From: Candidatus Latescibacterota bacterium
GTDB taxonomy: Bacteria > Latescibacterota > UBA2968 > UBA8231
Direction: 5' to 3'
Assembly (NCBI GenBank): GCA_963422735.1
Contig: OY730476.1
Span: 4,000,880-4,064,879, forward strand
DNA: 64,000 nt
Each line of letters starts with the position of its first letter. Position 1 is the stretch's first letter. The translations under genes were made by a program, and so were the position numbers. The notes beneath the pieces are model-generated. The model had not been told where the DNA came from. It worked only from the letters and a program-made list of their open reading frames with translations, and searched no databases. Positions 27,356-36,333 of the stretch are shown here, piece by piece.

Positions 27356-27627
27356 AGGACAACATGAGCGTAGAAGAGCGGGAAATTATCGATGGGTTTG
27401 AGCGGGGCGAACTACGCTACGCTTCTGGAGCTGAACGCGAACTCCAAGCGGCGCGTCAGGCGGCCCGCAATACGTTCAACAAAACCCGGCGAGTGAATCT
27501 GCGAATGACAGAACGCGACTTCAATCTCGCCCACTCTCGGGCGCGGGAAGAGGGGATCCCTTATCAGACCCTACTATCCAGTGTCATCCACAAGTACCTG
27601 TCCGGCCGACTAACCGAGAAGAGCTAG
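27352..27627 (+). CDS. CopG/BrnA-type antitoxin
   Basis: GTG overlaps the toxin stop (GTGA) after AGAGGAGG. Sequence: ...RVNLRMTERDFNLAHSRAREEGIPYQTLLSSVIHKYLSGRL. Confidence 0.65.
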   Translation: MKDNMSVEEREIIDGFERGELRYASGAERELQAARQAARNTFNKTRRVNLRMTERDFNLAHSRAREEGIPYQTLLSSVIHKYLSGRLTEKS

Positions 27628-28028
27628 CTCGGCGATGGACTGCTCCGGTGGGAACCTTCCAACGCTTCGACTCGTCGGCTGAAGCGGTTGAGTACCTCCT
27701 CACTGGAGACCAAGGACAACTTCCGCTGACTATAGGGAACGCGCATCCCGCGCTGGCGCTCTAAGGCGTTGAGTTCCCGGTCGAGCCTGAATGCCCAGTT
27801 GATACTTTCGGGAAAAAAACGGGTGCCGCTAGGCGACGAGGGCAGACGCCGGGTGTGCGTTCCCGCTTGGACGTGTATGGCTCTTATGCGCTCGACCAAG
27901 GCTCGAATTCGCTTGTGCTCCCGCCGCCATTGCCAGTGAAAATGGAGTCCTGTCGCCAAGAGAATGAATGAGGAGATCAAAAGTGGAATGGAGAACAGGA
28001 ATTCCGCGATAACGTCCATAGTATCCAT
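27624..28028 (-). CDS. hypothetical N-terminally membrane-anchored protein
   Basis: 134-aa ORF with TM segment IAEFLFSIPLLISSFILLATGL. No recognised domain. Confidence 0.4.
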   Translation of the reverse strand: MDTMDVIAEFLFSIPLLISSFILLATGLHFHWQWRREHKRIRALVERIRAIHVQAGTHTRRLPSSPSGTRFFPESINWAFRLDRELNALERQRGMRVPYSQRKLSLVSSEEVLNRFSRRVEALEGSHRSSPSPS

Positions 28029-28276
28029 GATAGAAGAATATACCTCCGTTTGCGGTTATTTATTTCATAAGACCTAAGTACACGACAGTAGTCTAAGTTG
28101 TGGTGCAGCCGTGCTTTAGGCTTATTTGTAATCGCCCAAAATTGCATCTAAATGCTAGGCACTATGGGGCCGCTTCTAATACACACATGCCCCGAGGGAC
28201 CACCCTCTATGAAGGGCTGACCCGAATCTGGTGTGCCACAAAAAAAGACCGCCCAACCAACGCTTCTTTCTCAATT

Positions 28277-29290
28277 CTAATTCCCCACTTCCACCCCCTG
28301 CACCCCAAACACTTCCCGCAAAAAATTCTCACCCATCCGCACGTAGCCAGTGGCGTCCGGGTGGAGATTGTCGGGCAGATATTCGGCGAGGCTTTCGTCG
28401 AAGAGCTTGAGACCGTCTATATAATAGATGTGGTCGTCGCCGCGCCTTTTGAACGCTTCTACGGCTTCCGCAACCTCGCCGCGTATCTGCTCCAAGGTTA
28501 GTCCAACCGCATTGGGCGTGGTCTCGCGGTCGCGACCCCAAATCGGCGAGCAGACCGCAAACGGGGTGTGGGGATGGCCGTCGCGGATGGTGGCAATGGT
28601 GCCGAGGACAGCCGGGCGGAAGGCGCGCGGGCCGAGGCTGGCCGCGCCGTAGATGTTGATGCCGAGCTTGACCGAGATAAAGTCCGCGGGCCGGTCTCGG
28701 ATCAGCCGAGCGATGAAGGGGTCGGCGTGGCACTGGCCGCCGTAGCCCAGCGACGTGAGGTTGAAGTCTCGGGCGCGCGCTACCACCCCGGGCCAAGTAG
28801 TGGCGGGCGATCCGGCAGTGCGGCAATGGGTGATGGAGCTGCCATACGTAACCCACTTCAGCCGAGTGTCTTCGCTTTTTTCGCAATGTGCTCTCTCGGG
28901 CAATCCAATGTGGCGCAGGGCGACGGGCATGGCCGGCGATAGCCAGATCTCCAAGGATTTCTCGCCCGCCGGCAAGTTCTCGAAGCGGACCTCGGTCGCG
29001 CCGGCCGCATATGAAGCGGTGGCCGCGATCTGCCCGCCGATGCACAGGTCAAAGCGGCCGTCTTCGGCCAGCGGCTCGCAGCCGACGACTAGTTCCCCGG
29101 TGTCAGTAGCGAAGCTCACCCGCACACCCGAAGGCATCTCGGCCCGCTCGGCAAGGCCGCTTTCCCCAGGCGAGTATAGGTCCAAATCCCCATGGGGAAT
29201 GCGCCAAGGCTTGATCCAGCCCGGTCCCTCTTCGAGAGAGATCGCACCGCACCAGGTTAGGCGGGGATCGTTGGCAGCAATGGTCAGCAT
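28277..29290 (-). CDS. SGNH/GDSL-type hydrolase (carbohydrate esterase-like)
   Basis: VTYGSSITH (block I), GYGGQCH, LHPD (block V). ORF trimmed to ATG 29290. Confidence 0.75.
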   Translation of the reverse strand: MLTIAANDPRLTWCGAISLEEGPGWIKPWRIPHGDLDLYSPGESGLAERAEMPSGVRVSFATDTGELVVGCEPLAEDGRFDLCIGGQIAATASYAAGATEVRFENLPAGEKSLEIWLSPAMPVALRHIGLPERAHCEKSEDTRLKWVTYGSSITHCRTAGSPATTWPGVVARARDFNLTSLGYGGQCHADPFIARLIRDRPADFISVKLGINIYGAASLGPRAFRPAVLGTIATIRDGHPHTPFAVCSPIWGRDRETTPNAVGLTLEQIRGEVAEAVEAFKRRGDDHIYYIDGLKLFDESLAEYLPDNLHPDATGYVRMGENFLREVFGVQGVEVGN

Positions 29291-29471
29291 AGGAGTCCTT
29301 TGGGTTGGAGCCACTGATATAGCTTAGCTCATAGGAGGTCCTGTAGCGCGGTGGCTAAAGCAATATAATATAGCATATAGCGGCATGAGCAAGGGGGAGC
29401 AACCTGCGAACCGATGACCTCCACTTGGTGCGCTGTGCCGCGTCCTTCTACCAATCTATCCGGGAGCATCC

Positions 29472-31322
29472 ATGCTTAAATTCATCGCTTTTGCCGTCCT
29501 GCTAGCCGTGCATGCCGCCCAAGCACAACTCCCCGCTGGCGGCATCCCTTTGACCCAAGGCGACTTTCTCCACTCGGCCCGCGTACCCAGTGCCACCAAC
29601 CGTTCCCGAAGTCAGGTCGTAGAGGCCGAGCACGCATCATTTGACCAAGCCCTGCGCATCGAAGTTCTGCACGAGGAGGGCAATCCTTGGAGCGTCGAAA
29701 CTGGCAACCCCATCGCCCTTGCAGTACAAAAGGGCGATATCGCCCTGATTCACTTTTGGGCACGGGGAATCAAGTCGAGCGACGAGACCGGCGAAGTCTT
29801 TGCCACAGTCTATGCCCAGAAAGCCGCGCCCAATTGGGACAAATCGCTCCACAAAGGGTTCAGTGTGGGGCTTGCTTGGAGCGAGTTCTTTTATCCGTTT
29901 GAATTTATCGACGAGTACGACGCCGGCGAGGCCGAGATCAACTTCGGCGTCGGCAGGCGTCGCCAGACCATTGAAATCGCCGGTTTTGAAGTCCTGTACT
30001 ACGGCAGCAGTCTATCCGTGGGCGACCTGCCCCAGACCCGCTTGACCTATGCTGGCCGCGCTCCTGACGCCGCTTGGCGACAGAGGGCTGAGGAGCGCAT
30101 CAGGCAGCACCGCCAAGGCGATTTCGCGCTACAAATCATCGGCGCGACTGGCCAGCCAGTGGCCGATGCCCCAGTCGAAGTCACTATGCAGCGCCACGCC
30201 TTCCTCTTTGGCTCGGCCCTGCAGATGTGGCGGCTGACCAGCGAGACGGCCGAAAATCAGACCTATCGCGCCATGGTCAAAGATCTCTTCAACGCCGCCT
30301 CCAACGAGAACGCCCTCAAATGGCCGCCTTGGGATGGCGACTGGGGCCAGATCCATTTCAGTCGCGAAAAGACGCTGGCCGGATTTGCTTGGCTCAAGGC
30401 CCATGATTTTCATCGGCGCGGCCACGTCTTAGTCTGGCCTGGCTGGCGCAATCTGCCCCAAAGCATCAATGATATGGCCGACCAAGCCGACGCGGCCACG
30501 GCTATTCCCTTGCTCGTCATTGACCATATAGACGAAATCATCCAAGCCACCAAGGGACTGGTTGAGGAGTGGGACGTCATCAACGAGCCGTACACCAACC
30601 ACGACCTCATAGATCTCAGCGGCGACCACGTCATGGTCGAGTGGTTCCAAGCCGCCCGCCGCAATCTCCCCGCGGCACCCCTGTACCTCAACGACTTCAA
30701 CATCCTCAGCAACAATGGCCAAGATGTAGCCCACCAGAATCACTACGAGCAAACCATTCAGTATTTGCTCGATCGGGGTGCCCCCATTACCGGCTTGGGT
30801 ATGCAAGGGCATTTTGGCGACCAAGTGACGGCTCCCGAAAAACTACTGGCACTGCTCGATCGCTTCGGCCGCTTCGGCCTCGACATCAAAATCACCGAAT
30901 TCGATATCAACACAACCGACCAAACTCTGCTCAATGATTATACCCGCGACTTTATGACCCTCGTCTTCAGCCACCCGGCGGTCGCCGGTTTGCAGTGGTG
31001 GGGTTTTTGGGAAAAGGCCCACTGGCGGCCCAATGCCGCCCTGTACAACGCCGATTGGAGTCCTAGACCCCATGCACAGATCTACAAGGATTTGGTTTTT
31101 GATCAGTGGTGGACCCGCCAGCAGGGTCGCACCAGCGCCGAAGGGCAGTTCAGCGGCCGGGGTTTTTACGGCTCCTACCAAGTAGAAGTTCGCCTCGACG
31201 ACCAAATGTTCACCGCGCCCTTTACCCTCGAAGCCGATATGGAAACCGTCACCATCCGCCTAGACGCCGCGACCACTATCCGCGATACGGAGGAACAACC
31301 CGCTCGGTTCAACCTCGAATAG
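29472..31322 (+). CDS. GH10 endo-beta-1,4-xylanase with N-terminal carbohydrate-binding module, secreted
   Basis: Signal peptide MLKFIAFAVLLAVHAAQA. GH10 blocks NENALKW, GHVLVW, WDVINEP, ITEFDIN. Confidence 0.88.
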   Translation: MLKFIAFAVLLAVHAAQAQLPAGGIPLTQGDFLHSARVPSATNRSRSQVVEAEHASFDQALRIEVLHEEGNPWSVETGNPIALAVQKGDIALIHFWARGIKSSDETGEVFATVYAQKAAPNWDKSLHKGFSVGLAWSEFFYPFEFIDEYDAGEAEINFGVGRRRQTIEIAGFEVLYYGSSLSVGDLPQTRLTYAGRAPDAAWRQRAEERIRQHRQGDFALQIIGATGQPVADAPVEVTMQRHAFLFGSALQMWRLTSETAENQTYRAMVKDLFNAASNENALKWPPWDGDWGQIHFSREKTLAGFAWLKAHDFHRRGHVLVWPGWRNLPQSINDMADQADAATAIPLLVIDHIDEIIQATKGLVEEWDVINEPYTNHDLIDLSGDHVMVEWFQAARRNLPAAPLYLNDFNILSNNGQDVAHQNHYEQTIQYLLDRGAPITGLGMQGHFGDQVTAPEKLLALLDRFGRFGLDIKITEFDINTTDQTLLNDYTRDFMTLVFSHPAVAGLQWWGFWEKAHWRPNAALYNADWSPRPHAQIYKDLVFDQWWTRQQGRTSAEGQFSGRGFYGSYQVEVRLDDQMFTAPFTLEADMETVTIRLDAATTIRDTEEQPARFNLE

Positions 31323-31359
31323 AGAACACCGATTTCCACCTTGAGATGGATTATAGAGA

Positions 31360-32199
31360 TCAGCCCGTCCGCGGCCGAACCACGGTTTCGCCGTCGGCTT
31401 CTATCAGCGGCCGATGGTAGATATAGGGTGGTTCGAGCACGGCCTGTTGCGCCTCGGTCAGTTCGCCGACCCATTCTGGCTGGCTGGTCTGGTAGGTGCC
31501 ACCGGCAAAGTGCAGATATTTGGGCGAGTAGCGGTAGAGTAGGGAGCGCCGCTCGTGCTCGGCCACCCACGGGAGCGTGCCGTGTAAGGTCGCCTCGTTG
31601 AAGATTACCATATCGCCGGTCTGGCAGGGGACGTTGTACACGATCTCGCGGTGTTCCTGCCAGTGACAAATTTTTTGCGGCAGCGGGAAGTTGGCCTTGT
31701 GGCTGCCTGGGATCACGCACAGTCCGCCGTCGCCCTCATTGACGTCAGCGAGCTGGAACTGGCAGACGATCATGCCGCAGCGCATCTGGTCGTTGGCATA
31801 AGCGTAGTACTGTGCGCCGTTGAAGTGGCGGCTGGTCGAGCCGTGGAGGATCAGGCCCTCAGCGCCCTTGCCGCCGCAGAGCATAAAGGGCGAGTGGTCC
31901 ATCTTCCAGCCGCGGCCAAAGAGCGCGTCGAGATAGGGGATGAGCTTTTTGTGCGCCAAGAGGGTGCGGAAGGGCAGGCAGTGAGGTTTTTCCCATTCGA
32001 GCATCCCCGTGAAGATGCCGCGCCGCCGGCCCTCGAGCACGTCGCTGCCGCCGGTATTGTGATTGCCGTCTTCGCCGCGCTTGTCCTCATTGGCGTCAAA
32101 GGCCGCGTTGAGCGCATCGACTTCGGCAGGGGTGAGGAAGCTGGGGACCTTCAGGAAGCCCTGTAGGTCGAAGAGGAATTTTTCTGTGTCATTCATCAA
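31360..32199 (-). CDS. PhyH family dioxygenase
   Basis: MMNDTEKFLFDLQGFLKVPSFLTPAEVDAL...LCVIPGSHKAN...FNEATLHGT. Confidence 0.8.
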   Translation of the reverse strand: MMNDTEKFLFDLQGFLKVPSFLTPAEVDALNAAFDANEDKRGEDGNHNTGGSDVLEGRRRGIFTGMLEWEKPHCLPFRTLLAHKKLIPYLDALFGRGWKMDHSPFMLCGGKGAEGLILHGSTSRHFNGAQYYAYANDQMRCGMIVCQFQLADVNEGDGGLCVIPGSHKANFPLPQKICHWQEHREIVYNVPCQTGDMVIFNEATLHGTLPWVAEHERRSLLYRYSPKYLHFAGGTYQTSQPEWVGELTEAQQAVLEPPYIYHRPLIEADGETVVRPRTG

Positions 32200-32993
32200 T
32201 AATACGTCTCCGCGTCGTGTACCGGGTCGTAGCCGACTTCGCGCCGGGGCGTTTCAATATCAAAGATATTGTAGGTGTTGTCCGAGATCGCAAAGTAATG
32301 TGCGCCACTGGGCAGGTCGCCGGCGCAATGCCGCTGGAAGCAGGCGTGGACTAGGCGGGCGGCATCCTCTTGATGGCACCAGAGGGCAAAGTAGCCCCGT
32401 TCCGATGCGCGGGCGTCGTTTTCTGCGTTGACGCCGCCCCAGCGCATGGCAACCGCGCTGTGTCCCTGGTCGGCGACCTTTTGCACCCACTCCTCCACGT
32501 GGGCTTTTTCGCGTCCATAGTCGTTGATCGGGTGCGCGGGCACGGCCGCGGAAATCCGCTCGGGCCAATTGGTTATCTCGTCGAACTGCCGCTCGGCCAA
32601 GGTCCAATAGAAGCCCGGCTGGTGAAAGTCGTACAGCCCATCGACCGCGTGAACCGAGCTGGAGCCGACGATCATCGGCGGCTCGTCTTCGGCCAACACC
32701 GCTTCAAAAACCAAGTCTGTCATCCGCTTCATGGCCGCCAAGTCGCCGCCGCGAGCCAAATAGACGACCAAGTCGCACCCGGGGATCAGGGCGCGAAAGG
32801 CCTCCGGCGACTTCGCAATATCGAGGTCGATAAAATTCCCTCCGGCATCCGGCTCGGTCGCCTTGTCCGGTGCGCCGGGCAAATCCACGGAAACCATGCG
32901 GTAGCGCGGATCGAGCCGCGGCATATAGGTCCGCAGGCCCGAGCCAATCGTGCCTCGCCCGCCGATGAGCAAAACTTTGTATGCTGACACCAT
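32196..32993 (-). CDS. NAD-dependent epimerase/dehydratase family protein
   Basis: MVSAYKVLLIGGRGTIGSGL Rossmann start. 4-nt overlap with the downstream PhyH gene. Confidence 0.7.
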   Translation of the reverse strand: MVSAYKVLLIGGRGTIGSGLRTYMPRLDPRYRMVSVDLPGAPDKATEPDAGGNFIDLDIAKSPEAFRALIPGCDLVVYLARGGDLAAMKRMTDLVFEAVLAEDEPPMIVGSSSVHAVDGLYDFHQPGFYWTLAERQFDEITNWPERISAAVPAHPINDYGREKAHVEEWVQKVADQGHSAVAMRWGGVNAENDARASERGYFALWCHQEDAARLVHACFQRHCAGDLPSGAHYFAISDNTYNIFDIETPRREVGYDPVHDAETYY

Positions 32994-33063
32994 GCAGTTT
33001 CTCCTTTCGCGGAGGCAAACCTAAGCGACGGCCCGGCGATTGACCAGCCTTTTCCGCTCAGCT

Positions 33064-33798
33064 TCAGTGCGCCCACTCCTCGTGTGCGAGCGGCCGCTGA
33101 TTCAGTTCATCCCGATGAACGCGCCACTGAGGCATGAACCGGTCCATCAGCTTGCGAAACCGCTCGTTGTGCCGGTGCTCGATCAAGTGGACCATTTCGT
33201 GGACGAGGACGTACTCCAAGCACAAAGTCGGCTTCTTGGCCAGTTCGAGGTTTAGCCAGATGCGCTTGGCTTCGATATTACAGGATCCCCAGAGGGTCTT
33301 CATTTTTTTGATCCGCACTTCATCAACCGTCACCCCGACCTTCCGCGCCCATTTGATGCACAGCTCTGGCAATTGTTCGCGGAGCTGACGGCGATACCAT
33401 TGCTCCAATACCGCCTCCTTTGTGTCCCGGTCGGTGCCAGGACGGACGCGCAACGCCATCTTCGCGTTGTTGAACAGACAAACCGCCGGTGTACCGTCGT
33501 GCTCGATCACGTCGAGTCGATAGCGCCGGCCCCTGAAGTAATGGCTCTCGCCGGTCGCGAACTCGCGCTGGGATTGGCGGTTTTGTTGGGCAAATTCGGC
33601 TCGCTTCCGGCGAATCCATCCCGACCGCGAAATGACGGCCAAGCGCACGGCGTCATCGTCGAACCACAGGGGTGCGGCCACTCGCACCCGACCGCTCGGC
33701 GGATAGACGCCTATGTGGAGATTCTTGATGTTCTTGCGGACGATCTCTATTGGAATCCCGCGAATGTCGATGTGGTGACTTCTAACCTTAGTAGTCAC
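33064..33798 (-). CDS. M48/YgjP-like (DUF45) zinc metallopeptidase, the type that usually trails type I R-M operons
   Basis: WGSCNIEAKRIWLNLELAKKP...YVLVHEMVHLIEHRHNERF (HExxH). Confidence 0.85.
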   Translation of the reverse strand: MTTKVRSHHIDIRGIPIEIVRKNIKNLHIGVYPPSGRVRVAAPLWFDDDAVRLAVISRSGWIRRKRAEFAQQNRQSQREFATGESHYFRGRRYRLDVIEHDGTPAVCLFNNAKMALRVRPGTDRDTKEAVLEQWYRRQLREQLPELCIKWARKVGVTVDEVRIKKMKTLWGSCNIEAKRIWLNLELAKKPTLCLEYVLVHEMVHLIEHRHNERFRKLMDRFMPQWRVHRDELNQRPLAHEEWAH

Positions 33799-34118
33799 TT
33801 TGTGCCTTCACGATCTCAAATATCGCGTTTACGAGGCTCTCGTTGCCGCCGAGTTTCGAGTGGATGGCGTTGAGAACCTCGCGTTCCTTGAGCGTGTTTC
33901 CTCGCCAGTCGGCCTTTTTCACCCGACGGATGGCGGAATCTAGGGCGAGCACCTTCGCCTCCCGGACATCCACGGCCGGCTCGGTGCCGAGTGGCTTTTG
34001 GACTGTCGGAACCAGCATCACCAAGTTGTCGAACAGCACTCTCAATGCCGCGCTGTTGATGCTGGCAGGATAGGACGCTTGGGTCTCTGGCCGATTGATC
34101 TTTCTGGTCAGTAGGTAC
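33788..34118 (-). pseudogene. hsdR: type I restriction enzyme HsdR C-terminal fragment
   Basis: The tail ...DVREAKVLALDSAIRRVKKADWRGNTLKEREVLNAIHSKLGGNESLVNAIFEIVKAQSDY* resembles HsdR C-termini as I recall them. No helicase or nuclease part is present. It overlaps the M48 start. Confidence 0.5.
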
Positions 34119-34414
34119 TCCTTCGCCGAGTTTGCTCTCGTCGTTGAAATCGGCTTGGTCGATGACGCCCTTGAGGTCGTTAGCCTCGGCAAGCTGGCCG
34201 ATGATCTTGTTGATCTTGTCGCCCTTCAGCGTCACCATATCGGCAAAACTGTCGCCGGGCGGCACTTCAATGAGCGCGTACGCGTCGCCGGCGTGTACTT
34301 CATAAACAGCAGCGTCAGGACGTAGTCCTTGTACTGGGAGGCGTCTATGCCGCCGCGCAACTCGTCGCAGCTTTCCCACAGCGAGGAGTAGAGTTGGGAC
34401 TTCTTCAAAGCCAT
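34119..34414 (-). pseudogene. hsdM: type I R-M methylase HsdM N-terminal fragment, frameshifted
   Basis: MALKKSQLYSSLWESCDELRGGIDASQYKDYVLTLLFMKY, then in another frame AGDAYALIEVPPGDSFADMVTLKGDKINKIIGQLAEANDLKGVIDQADFNDESKLGEG. The catalytic N6_Mtase domain is absent. Confidence 0.75.
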
Positions 34415-34417
34415 GCG

Positions 34418-35296
34418 CTAGCACCCCTTAAACCACAGCTTCAGCGCCGTTCCGCCCATAATCATCTCTTTTTCTGCTGCGGAGATATTCGGCAGGTGGC
34501 AGTCGAGTAAATCCACCAGTTTCTGGTATCCCGGCTCCACCACAATCCACGGCGAATCCGTACACCACATCATGCGAGCCGCGCCGTAGGCCCGATACAC
34601 ATCCTCAACCATGGGCTGCATATCCCCATAGGGCCAAGGCTGCTTGGAAAACGCATACTCCCCTGAAATTTTGATATAGACATTGGGAAATCGAGACAGC
34701 GCCATCACTTGCGGATAGTTGGCCGGCGGCAGCGGCTCGGCGTCAAAGCGGGGGCGACCCCACCGGTCCGGTCCGCCGGGCGTGGTCGGCATTACGCCGA
34801 GATGGTCGAGGGAAATGTTTACGCCGGGAAAAGCCGCGGCCAGCCGTTCGATGCAGGAAAACTGGGCTCCACTGGTGTAGATATTGATGTTGAGCCCCAG
34901 TTCGTCCGCACACTCGAAGAGCGCGTAGCTCGACAGGTCCTCGGCCCGCTGTGCGCCCGGGTCGCCCAACGCCCCCAGTCGGATCCCTTCAATACCGGTG
35001 GCCGAGACGAGTTCGCGCAGTCGCGCGGGTGGGTCCGGGTCATCCATGTCGATCAAGCCGGTAGCCGTAAAACGGTCGGGCCACGTCCGCACACAATGCG
35101 CGACATAGGCGTGCTGTTCGACTTTGGTGCCGTTCATTTCAATCAGCACGGAGCGGTCGATGCCCGAAGCATCCATGTCCGCTATGAGCGCCTCTATCGG
35201 ACAGGCGCGGTCGGCCGGTGCGAGGCTGCTCAACTCGCGGGGGAATCGCTCGCTCGGCAGGTCGAAGACGTGAACGTGAACATCGACTTTATCCAT
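34418..35296 (-). CDS. amidohydrolase_2 family hydrolase
   Basis: MDKVDVHVHVFD...SVLIEMNG...ISLDHLG...MMWCTDSPW. Confidence 0.8.
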   Translation of the reverse strand: MDKVDVHVHVFDLPSERFPRELSSLAPADRACPIEALIADMDASGIDRSVLIEMNGTKVEQHAYVAHCVRTWPDRFTATGLIDMDDPDPPARLRELVSATGIEGIRLGALGDPGAQRAEDLSSYALFECADELGLNINIYTSGAQFSCIERLAAAFPGVNISLDHLGVMPTTPGGPDRWGRPRFDAEPLPPANYPQVMALSRFPNVYIKISGEYAFSKQPWPYGDMQPMVEDVYRAYGAARMMWCTDSPWIVVEPGYQKLVDLLDCHLPNISAAEKEMIMGGTALKLWFKGC

Positions 35297-35317
35297 CTGC
35301 TGAGTCCTTTCTCTACG

Positions 35318-36274
35318 CTAGGGATCTAGGTTTAAGTGCCAGCTCAACTCGTCGAGGTGGGCAGCGTGTTGGTAAATCGGGTGCATCAGCTCGCTGCGGT
35401 AGCGTGCAAAGAGCACCGGATCAACAAAGCGCTGCGCCTGTGACCAGTCCCAGTTTATATAGGTAAATGCCTTGATGTTGGGATGGTGGCGCAAGAAGCG
35501 GAGGAAGGGGACGAACCAATGGGGCCACGCTCGCTCGGCCCGGCCTAGGTCGATGGTAGCTGGCGTGACCACGCCGACCAGCACTGGGTAGCCGCGCTCC
35601 TGCGCCGCCTCGACAAAGGTGCGGCTGCGGCGCAGGTCTTGCGGCGCGGCCACATCAATCGACCACCAATCGACGTACTCATCCCCCGGATAGTACGCCA
35701 AGTAATCGGGACCGCCGTCGGCCTTATGCGTCCAGATCAGCGCGACGTTGTCCAAGCCCCAGCGATCCCGCAGCGTTTGCGCTAGCCGTCGCCAAGCCTC
35801 GACGTAGTTTGTCGCCTCATAGGCGCGCCAAGAGCTATTGAACGCATACCCCAATCTCAGTAGGGCCGGGCGATCTAGCTCCTGCAACCCCCAGCAGAGC
35901 CGCTCAATCGCCTCGTCGAGCTGGCCCTCGGCAATAGCCGCCTCGTAAGGCTGGCCGGCAGCACTGAACCCAAGGTCAATTTGCGGAAGACCGTAGCCTG
36001 CGTACTGGTCCAGATGGGTGCGCAAAGTTAGATGCCAATCGTAGGGCAGGTCGTGGAGTTCGTAGTACGCGGCATAGACGAGCGGGCGCGTGCGTTCTTC
36101 GGGGTTGAGCGGTCCGAAGCTGAGCGCGGCCCCGTGCAAGATGCGCTCGCCGAGTGGCTCTAGGCGGTGGAGGTGGTCGGTGCGCGCGGCAAAGTGGCCT
36201 AAGGGATCGGGCGCGAGCGAGGCCGCGTAGCAGCCGGCAAGAACGAGGGCAAAAAACAATAGCAGAGAGCGCAT
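35318..36274 (-). CDS. lipoprotein, TIM-barrel glycoside-hydrolase-like (GH26-like?)
   Basis: ORF trimmed to MRSLLLFFALVLAGCYA (lipobox LAGC). Family assignment is tentative. Confidence 0.4.
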   Translation of the reverse strand: MRSLLLFFALVLAGCYAASLAPDPLGHFAARTDHLHRLEPLGERILHGAALSFGPLNPEERTRPLVYAAYYELHDLPYDWHLTLRTHLDQYAGYGLPQIDLGFSAAGQPYEAAIAEGQLDEAIERLCWGLQELDRPALLRLGYAFNSSWRAYEATNYVEAWRRLAQTLRDRWGLDNVALIWTHKADGGPDYLAYYPGDEYVDWWSIDVAAPQDLRRSRTFVEAAQERGYPVLVGVVTPATIDLGRAERAWPHWFVPFLRFLRHHPNIKAFTYINWDWSQAQRFVDPVLFARYRSELMHPIYQHAAHLDELSWHLNLDP

Positions 36275-36333
36275 GATAGTACCCCTGTGAAGCGGCGGAT
36301 ATTGTACCAATATGCAGCATTTTGAGGCGGCTC

